This document shows, one piece after another, positions 53,995 through 59,639 of a stretch of 59,639 nt of DNA. The notes under the pieces are model-generated. The model was not told where the DNA came from. It saw nothing but the letters and a program-made list of their open reading frames with translations, and did not search any database. The stretch lies in UHGV virus genome UHGV-1364324, one strand, 5' to 3'. This stretch comes from a virus. The position numbers and the translations under genes are program-made. Position 1 is the first letter of the stretch. The number at the start of each line of letters is the position of its first letter.

Positions 53995-54236
53995 TGGATA
54001 TGTTCAGCATGTTTCGTAACGCAGCGGGTGGTATCTCGTTAAGCCGGGCGCAGGCCGCGCTGGGTTTCCTCGTGGTAACCGGGATCCTGATCTACCAGGC
54101 AGTTGATCAGACGTTAGATAACACGGTTTTGTTAACGTACTTCGGTTTCTGTATCGGTCAGTATGTGGGCGCTAAGAAGATCGCCGTTGATAAGGATATC
54201 AAAGAACAGAAAATTGATGCGGGGTTAAACCCATGA
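53994..54236 (+). CDS. two-TM membrane protein (holin/antiholin candidate)
   Basis: 80 aa; two hydrophobic helices; ATGA coupling. Confidence 0.4.
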   Translation: MDMFSMFRNAAGGISLSRAQAALGFLVVTGILIYQAVDQTLDNTVLLTYFGFCIGQYVGAKKIAVDKDIKEQKIDAGLNP

Positions 54237-54631
54237 CTATTCGTAGCGTTATCATCACGATTATTGCGCTTTTACTGGCTTTAGCCGCAGGTGGTATCAC
54301 CTGTTATAAGGCGGGGTATAAAGCGCGGGTAAATGAAGAAAAACAGGAAAAGTTAAACGAGGCGCAACAGGAACAGTCACGTTTGAAAGCACAGCAAGAG
54401 TTGGCTGATAATGTTTTACGTGGTCTTGCTGACTGGTCACAAAATACTAAAATTGTGGAAATTCGTCATGAAAAAACTAACACTGTTTTTCGTAATGAGT
54501 GCCTTACTCCTGAATATCAGCGCCTGTACAACGAACGAGTTACCGAAGCAGAAAGCCGTTTATCAGGCCGCGCTGGTTCAGAAGTGTCAGACCGAAAACC
54601 TGCCACGGCTAAACGGTCTGACGGGAACTGA
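54233..54631 (+). CDS. i-spanin (Rz-like)
   Basis: N-terminal TM + periplasmic coiled coil. Confidence 0.55.
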   Translation: MTIRSVIITIIALLLALAAGGITCYKAGYKARVNEEKQEKLNEAQQEQSRLKAQQELADNVLRGLADWSQNTKIVEIRHEKTNTVFRNECLTPEYQRLYNERVTEAESRLSGRAGSEVSDRKPATAKRSDGN

Positions 54632-54716
54632 TTCAACCGATGTGAACGATTTGTGGTTAGACATTTATTTTAAATGCGCCTATACGCACAATTCGTTAGT
54701 AGACAGCCTTCAGTAA
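54468..54716 (+). CDS. o-spanin (Rz1-like lipoprotein), embedded in the Rz gene (+1 frame) and extending beyond it
   Basis: MKKLTLFFVMSALLLNISAC lipobox-like signal; Pro-rich periplasmic part. Confidence 0.55.
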   Translation: MKKLTLFFVMSALLLNISACTTNELPKQKAVYQAALVQKCQTENLPRLNGLTGTDSTDVNDLWLDIYFKCAYTHNSLVDSLQ

Positions 54717-54935
54717 TTCTTCAACGCTCACTTCAACCCACGATGCCGGAACAGGGTATTCAGTCCGATACATGAACAGGGATGTTCCGATCAAACCGTT
54801 AGGATCTGTTTTAATTCCCTGCATGGCAACCAGTGGTAAAAACTGTTCACGAGTTTGTGACAGTCGCGCAAAGCGCCCTGTGGGACGTTTTGCCGGGTCC
54901 ATAGGGTTAAACTCAACGATTGTTGACATAAGCAA
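54696..54935 (-). CDS. hypothetical protein
   Basis: 79 aa; convergent overlap with o-spanin. Confidence 0.4.
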   Translation of the reverse strand: MLMSTIVEFNPMDPAKRPTGRFARLSQTREQFLPLVAMQGIKTDPNGLIGTSLFMYRTEYPVPASWVEVSVEELLKAVY

Positions 54936-56244
54936 TCCTCTGTTTAGCTATTTCACAATAATGTGGGTCCATTTCAAAACCGATAAATTCAAAACCTTCA
55001 ATTGCGCAGGCTTTACCAGTTGAACCACTACCTGTGAACGGATCCAGAACTTTACCGCCCGGTGGTGTAACAAGGCGCACAAGCCATTGCATCAGCGCTG
55101 TAGGTTTCACCGTAGGATGGTTATTACGTGCGCCTGATGTACGCCCGGCACCAGCGCGGGGACTGTTTAACCCGTCAGTATCAGGTTCACGCCCGGTCAT
55201 TTCCGCACCAGTTACCATTGCCAACATCACACCTTCATCACGGTCTGATTTGCTCGCTTTAGCACAGTAGAAGAAACGCGCGGCGCTACCAGTATCTGAA
55301 TAGAATTGACCTGGTACACGATCATTAAATTTACCGTAAATACCGTTAGTCACTTCACTTTGTTCAGTACCTTTCACAGGTGCAGCAGCGCCAGCTTTCG
55401 CCGGGAACAAATTTACGACTTCATCAGAACCATCGTGGATAAAATTAGCTGGGAAGCGTCCAGTGGTTGTATCAACAGCCCCGGTGCGATTGCTACCGTT
55501 TAAACCATCACCAAACGCATTATCAGATATTTCATTTCTTTTATTAAATACAGGTACACCATCTGGCGCAGCAACCCGACAATCATCAATATTCATACCA
55601 CCCGTGCCGAACTGCAGGATATTTTCAGCAACCGTTCCTGTCAGTGGTTTACGCGCAACGCAAATAGGCTCGTGAGCAGGTTTTAAAGCTGTTCCCCATC
55701 CTTGCCACTGTTTCGCTTCGTCGGTGGCGGGTGCGGTGATATTTATTTCTCTGCTTTGATTTAAAACTTCGCTAAACTCGTTGTTACCTCCGCTTCTTCC
55801 ACCTTCACTTTTCCGTGTACCTACGACCTCACGTTCTGCACCTGCCGCTTTGTCAATCGCCTTACTCACATCCAGTGACTTAGGGAAACCGGAACCATAA
55901 ACCCAGTCAATTTGATCGCGGATTTCAAATCCAGCTAAACGGATCGCCAGTGTTCCTAGGTCATAGGTGCGTGTGCCGAAAAACGCCAACAGGTGACCAC
56001 CGGGTTTAAGGACGCGGAAAACTTCTTTCCAGACTGACGGACCCGGAACAAAACTATCCCAGGTTTTACCCATGAAACCACCGCCTGTATGAACATAATC
56101 GTCACCGTTTAACCAGTGGCGTAAAACTTCGTTCATATCAGGTTGTTTACTGAGTCCGTAAGGCGGATCCGTCACGACTGCATCGATACTGTTATCAGCA
56201 AGCATCATACGCATACCGATCAGGCATTCTATGTTAATCACCAT
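54913..56244 (-). CDS. DNA methyltransferase (N6-adenine/N4-cytosine, DPPY motif)
   Basis: AVVTDPPYG motif; 443 aa. Confidence 0.75.
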   Translation of the reverse strand: MVINIECLIGMRMMLADNSIDAVVTDPPYGLSKQPDMNEVLRHWLNGDDYVHTGGGFMGKTWDSFVPGPSVWKEVFRVLKPGGHLLAFFGTRTYDLGTLAIRLAGFEIRDQIDWVYGSGFPKSLDVSKAIDKAAGAEREVVGTRKSEGGRSGGNNEFSEVLNQSREINITAPATDEAKQWQGWGTALKPAHEPICVARKPLTGTVAENILQFGTGGMNIDDCRVAAPDGVPVFNKRNEISDNAFGDGLNGSNRTGAVDTTTGRFPANFIHDGSDEVVNLFPAKAGAAAPVKGTEQSEVTNGIYGKFNDRVPGQFYSDTGSAARFFYCAKASKSDRDEGVMLAMVTGAEMTGREPDTDGLNSPRAGAGRTSGARNNHPTVKPTALMQWLVRLVTPPGGKVLDPFTGSGSTGKACAIEGFEFIGFEMDPHYCEIAKQRIAYVNNR

Positions 56245-56584
56245 GTGGGATACTCTCCACGCTGTAATAAACGGGGATCCCTAATCGTTCAGCCTCTGCG
56301 ATTTCAGCAATAGTTCCATGCGAACGACGGTAATCAGGAAGTACCAGAACAGCATCACAGCGGCGCATAATTTCTAGTGTGCCTGACAGGTAGTATTCAG
56401 GCTGAACATTGCGTAAACCGCCGTCAAAGTCCCATAGTTCTGTATTCTTGTGTGGAATAACCGGGAACCATTCAGGATGTTCCAACGTCAGGCGTTTACC
56501 CATTTGTTCAGCACGAGATACATTACGGGAGGTTTTAAGCGCACAATCAGCGCGGTAAGGCCCGGCAATATAGCAGAGTTTCAT
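56234..56584 (-). CDS. DUF4406-like (nucleoside 2-deoxyribosyltransferase-like fold) protein
   Basis: YIAGPY motif and Rossmann-like pattern. Confidence 0.4.
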   Translation of the reverse strand: MKLCYIAGPYRADCALKTSRNVSRAEQMGKRLTLEHPEWFPVIPHKNTELWDFDGGLRNVQPEYYLSGTLEIMRRCDAVLVLPDYRRSHGTIAEIAEAERLGIPVYYSVESIPHGD

Positions 56585-56895
56585 TGTTTGTTTTCCTGCA
56601 TCTGTAAGAACACGATCATTGCTGCGCGAAGCGGGTTTGTACCGTCAATGTACTGATAATTTATCGTTCCAGCACCCCATTCACCATATCCGTATATACC
56701 TATTGAAATTCCATTTTTATAAATAATTGGATAACTATCTGACGGGTTAGTACACGGGTTAAAAACCCACAAATCACCATTCTTCCAATAACAAAGACCA
56801 TTATAATTATCCTCAAGATTGGCCCATTCAAGTTTAAGAATATCACCAACTAATTTAGCAATCTGTTCATCACTCAACTTACTGTAATCAGTCAT
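56581..56895 (-). CDS. hypothetical protein
   Basis: 104 aa; ATGA coupling. Confidence 0.45.
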   Translation of the reverse strand: MTDYSKLSDEQIAKLVGDILKLEWANLEDNYNGLCYWKNGDLWVFNPCTNPSDSYPIIYKNGISIGIYGYGEWGAGTINYQYIDGTNPLRAAMIVFLQMQENKQ

Positions 56896-57424
56896 GACGT
56901 TTCATTCCTTCTAACATGTCCCAGATGATAGCCACACGGCGCGGGTTGGTGCTGATTGAATGCAGGGTTTCGCACCCGTGATGATAGCCCCAGCGAACAG
57001 ACAGTTCTGATAACAGGTAGCCGCGAGTATTAGCCAGTTCTGCCAGTTCACCCGGCGCGAAAATAGTTGTGTTCGGTTCTGTCAGAACATGCGAGCCGAA
57101 AATTGCGTCAGTGATGCGCCACGGTTTCATGAGGTCGTCAACCATGTACCAGTTACTGATACTGATTTCAGAAACACCCCAGCGTGCAGCCAGTTTCAAA
57201 CGTTCCTGGCGCGGCGGGAAAACCGGCATTCGTGGTAAACGCAATTCGATTTGTTCTACAGGTTCAAAAAATGCGTCATCGGTCAGGCGGAATTCACCAC
57301 GGTCATCAATGTAGAAACCACGGGATTTCCCGTCACGAACGAACCCGTCAACGCGGTTGTAAACTTTACCCGGCGTAAACACGCCAATGGTGGAACCAGA
57401 AAGGAATTTATGTGAAGTATGCAT
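56888..57424 (-). CDS. hypothetical protein
   Basis: 178 aa. Confidence 0.45.
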   Translation of the reverse strand: MHTSHKFLSGSTIGVFTPGKVYNRVDGFVRDGKSRGFYIDDRGEFRLTDDAFFEPVEQIELRLPRMPVFPPRQERLKLAARWGVSEISISNWYMVDDLMKPWRITDAIFGSHVLTEPNTTIFAPGELAELANTRGYLLSELSVRWGYHHGCETLHSISTNPRRVAIIWDMLEGMKRHD

Positions 57425-57464
57425 TGTTTATCGCCTCAGTAAGTTTTAAATAATTCTATACGGT

Positions 57465-59348
57465 TTACCGTAACGGCGCAACCAGCTTTTCAGCCTCTTT
57501 GATATAAAACTCATAGTTCAGCGTTGCCCGGTTGAAGCGCTGCATGTTGTTACACTCTGTTACTGTCCACCCCTTGCATACCGCCATGCGACGTTCTGGT
57601 GCGTTAGGATCGATCTTCAGTGCTTTAGCCAGCGGTGGCATGACTTTTATTAACGGTGCACCATCAGTGCTGACATAATAGCGGGTAATATTTTGAACCT
57701 GCTGATCGCCACACGTTAGTTTGCTGTTACGGGGAACTTTCGTCACCAGCATGAAATCGTGAATATCTTCATGTGATGTTATAAACTTACGAATATCTTT
57801 ACCGTATACCAGCGCGGCTTCAGCAGCTTTTGCAACAACCTGCATACTGTGGTTCTGATGCCAACCCAGGTCGCCGTTAGGGTTTGCATCAGTCTTAGTA
57901 GTGTGACAGTACGCACCTTTACGTTTAACTTTCTTACCGCCTTCATAAACAGCGATGTAGTTGTTTACATCACGAATAAACATCGCGTCATAAATGGCTT
58001 CTTCCAGTTCCAGACGTGTCAGTTTTTCCCACGCGTGACGAACCTGTTCAACCTGTCCTGTAAACACACGGGGGACGTATACTGTAAGACCATCAGTGTT
58101 AGCCTGAATCATAGACAGACCCGGAATTTTCAGAAGTTCTTCAGCTAACATACACAACAGTAACTGACCGTTGATAGTGATCGACATTGTATACGCCGGG
58201 TCATAGAACGGGCTGTATACGTTATTTGAGTCACCGTAAACACCGTTAAGTGCGAGTTTAAGCATTGCGTTTTCTGGTGTGCCTTTTGGATAACCAGAAC
58301 GCATATCGTAAACATTTTTATAAATAGTACAGAACTGTTTACCCAAATGAGCCGGGAATAATTCATTACTGATCGCCAGGTTAGGGTAAAAACTTGCAAC
58401 ATCCAGATCGATAATAACGTAATTTTCAGTTGATCTAATGGTTTGTGATTCAATCGATCCGTGGATGCCACCTGTGCCAAAAACAAACGAAAACCCATTG
58501 ACAGTAGCATTTAGATCAGTAAACACACCTTTTGTTTCTGTAATAATCTGCTGACGTAGCCAGTTCAGTACGCGATTAAATTCACTTTGTTCAAAACGGA
58601 TGTAAGGAAATATAACATCGTTAAGTGCAATAGATGATCTGATAGTTTGCCGTGGTCTTTTGCCTGGTCCTGGGTGATAACATTCAATGCCTGATTTTTC
58701 CAGTTCCATAATGAAATAATCTTTACCGATTTTAGTATCATTGTGGTTCATGAAATTTCGCTTATACTTCTCGGAAAGTTCACGGCGAAAATCTATCAAC
58801 TTTTTACTGTGACCATGAAACATCAAAGTAGCTTTAAGGTCGTGTATCAAATACTGACGAAGTTTATCAATTTGTTCATCGGTCAAATAAGTACCCGGTG
58901 AGAATGGCAGATCTTCAATATTTTCCATTCTCATATTGAACTCAAGCGTTTTTAAACTTGTTCTTTTTGCCTGGTTATCAAAGTGGTGAATCTTATAAAG
59001 ATCGATTTGTGGAACAATCCAGTCACTTTCCCACACCATGTGAGCAAAACGATTATCATCGCCACAGTTAATGATAGCATCACCTTTACGATAAATATCA
59101 GCATTAGTGATGTACATGATATTATTGAGTATCGAATGTTGAACAGGGTAGTCATAACCAATGTTGTTATAACCCACTTCTTCAGCACCATGTTCACGAA
59201 GAAATTCAGTGAACATATAATACGCCTGACGATCATCGCGGCGATGCGAGATTTCAAATATATACGGCGTTCCCGTTAAAGCGTGAATAGCACCAAATAA
59301 CCACACGTTAGGGTAATTTTCAATATCGTAAATGTAAGCGTCTGACAT
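57465..59348 (-). CDS. DNA polymerase with 3'-5' exonuclease domain (family-B-like motifs)
   Basis: Exo I YIYDIENYP; pol motif A DLDVASFYPN; motif B KLALNGVYG; motif C-like ANTDGL. Confidence 0.7.
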   Translation of the reverse strand: MSDAYIYDIENYPNVWLFGAIHALTGTPYIFEISHRRDDRQAYYMFTEFLREHGAEEVGYNNIGYDYPVQHSILNNIMYITNADIYRKGDAIINCGDDNRFAHMVWESDWIVPQIDLYKIHHFDNQAKRTSLKTLEFNMRMENIEDLPFSPGTYLTDEQIDKLRQYLIHDLKATLMFHGHSKKLIDFRRELSEKYKRNFMNHNDTKIGKDYFIMELEKSGIECYHPGPGKRPRQTIRSSIALNDVIFPYIRFEQSEFNRVLNWLRQQIITETKGVFTDLNATVNGFSFVFGTGGIHGSIESQTIRSTENYVIIDLDVASFYPNLAISNELFPAHLGKQFCTIYKNVYDMRSGYPKGTPENAMLKLALNGVYGDSNNVYSPFYDPAYTMSITINGQLLLCMLAEELLKIPGLSMIQANTDGLTVYVPRVFTGQVEQVRHAWEKLTRLELEEAIYDAMFIRDVNNYIAVYEGGKKVKRKGAYCHTTKTDANPNGDLGWHQNHSMQVVAKAAEAALVYGKDIRKFITSHEDIHDFMLVTKVPRNSKLTCGDQQVQNITRYYVSTDGAPLIKVMPPLAKALKIDPNAPERRMAVCKGWTVTECNNMQRFNRATLNYEFYIKEAEKLVAPLR

Positions 59349-59351
59349 AGT

Positions 59352-59386
59352 AAATCCTGATAAATAAATGGGGCGCTATGGCCCCA
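59352..59386 (-). terminator. intrinsic terminator for SSB-like gene
   Basis: rc GGGGC catagc GCCCC ATTTATTTATC. Confidence 0.5.
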
Positions 59387-59427
59387 TGTCTGTTTAAAGC
59401 GGTATGTCGTCCCAGTTCCAGTAACTA

Positions 59428-59639
59428 TCAGTAACCGTTACCCGTGAGAAACCCCGGCGCGGGAGTGGTCATAACCATGTAACCCTGATCGATCATCGCC
59501 TGATCAGTCCAGCCACCTGCAACAAACTGTTCGTAAGTCGCACCAGCGGCTTTTTCAGTCATCACTTTCACAGGAGCGGCTACAGGCGCAGGTGTCGCAA
59601 CAGGAGCGGCTACAGGCGCAGGTGTCGCAACAGGAGCGG
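59428..59639 (-). CDS. 3' part of the wrapping SSB-like gene (C-terminal tail ...KVMTEKAAGATYEQFVAGGWTDQAMIDQGYMVMTTPAPGFLTGNGY*)
   Basis: No stop from 59639 down to TGA at rc 59430..59428; frame matches the 1..679 part through the codon spanning positions 1/59639/59638 (GCC). Confidence 0.5.
   Translation of the reverse strand, partial: APVATPAPVAAPVATPAPVAAPVKVMTEKAAGATYEQFVAGGWTDQAMIDQGYMVMTTPAPGFLTGNGY
59571..59639. repeat. 30-bp tandem repeat copies (2.3) at window end, continuing at 1..90
   Basis: Same 30-bp unit; joins position 1 seamlessly in repeat phase. Confidence 0.9.

Noticed and set aside
1-59639. CRISPR array, integrase/lysogeny module, 7-deazaguanine (QueC/D/E, DpdA) DNA modification genes
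   Set aside because: No direct repeats with spacers; no recombinase-like ORF. One HTH protein (16003..16938) is present but there is no int/xis. No radical-SAM CxxxCxxC or QueC-like ORFs.

Overview
The window reads as a complete, circularly permuted ~59.6 kb genome of a siphovirus-like enterobacterial phage. The two ends join in phase inside a 30-bp coding tandem repeat, and a minus-strand gene runs in frame across the junction, so the molecule is circular or terminally redundant. It holds about 110 tightly packed genes, many joined by ATGA or TAATG start-stop overlaps, arranged in alternating rightward and leftward blocks.

Functional modules I can support from sequence:
- Replication and recombination: SF2 DEAD/DEAH helicase, DnaQ-like exonuclease, VRR-NUC nuclease, PrimPol plus SF3 helicase, a DNA polymerase with family-B-like motifs, a Cas4-like PD-(D/E)XK nuclease, an SSB-like protein with a Pro/Ala repeat linker, an RdgC homologue and a dUTPase.
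- DNA modification and anti-defence candidates: a C5-cytosine methyltransferase-like protein, a DPPY-motif N6A/N4C methyltransferase, a DUF4406-like protein, an HNH endonuclease, a ParB-like protein, and an overlapping SLOG (DUF2493-like) plus NADAR gene pair.
- Packaging and head: TerS, TerL, portal, Mu-F-like morphogenesis protein, and a lambda-like head set (S78-like protease?, scaffold, gpD-like decoration, gpE-like major capsid).
- Tail: head-tail joining genes, a large major tail protein, a G/GT chaperone with an A_AAA_AAC -1 frameshift site, tape measure, M/L/K-like minor tail proteins, a J-like tip protein, and a leftward tail fibre carrying a GQSN (SGNH esterase) motif.
- Lysis: GH108 endolysin, holin candidates, and an Rz-like i-spanin with an Rz1-like o-spanin lipoprotein embedded out of frame.

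Regulatory structure:
- Ten copies of one promoter family (AT-rich UP element, TTGAC[GA], 17-18 bp spacer, -10), mostly driving leftward operons. Two pairs carry duplicated promoter-leader modules.
- Two paralogous AT-rich regions with CTGGTAAGCNGNAAC iterons sit upstream of TerS and of the head operon. Next to the first is a divergent HTH protein.
- About ten intrinsic-terminator-like hairpins.
- A ~750-bp non-coding island inside the structural module carries a tRNA-like T-arm.

No integrase, CRISPR array or canonical tRNA was found. Product calls rest on motif recognition by eye, not database searches.
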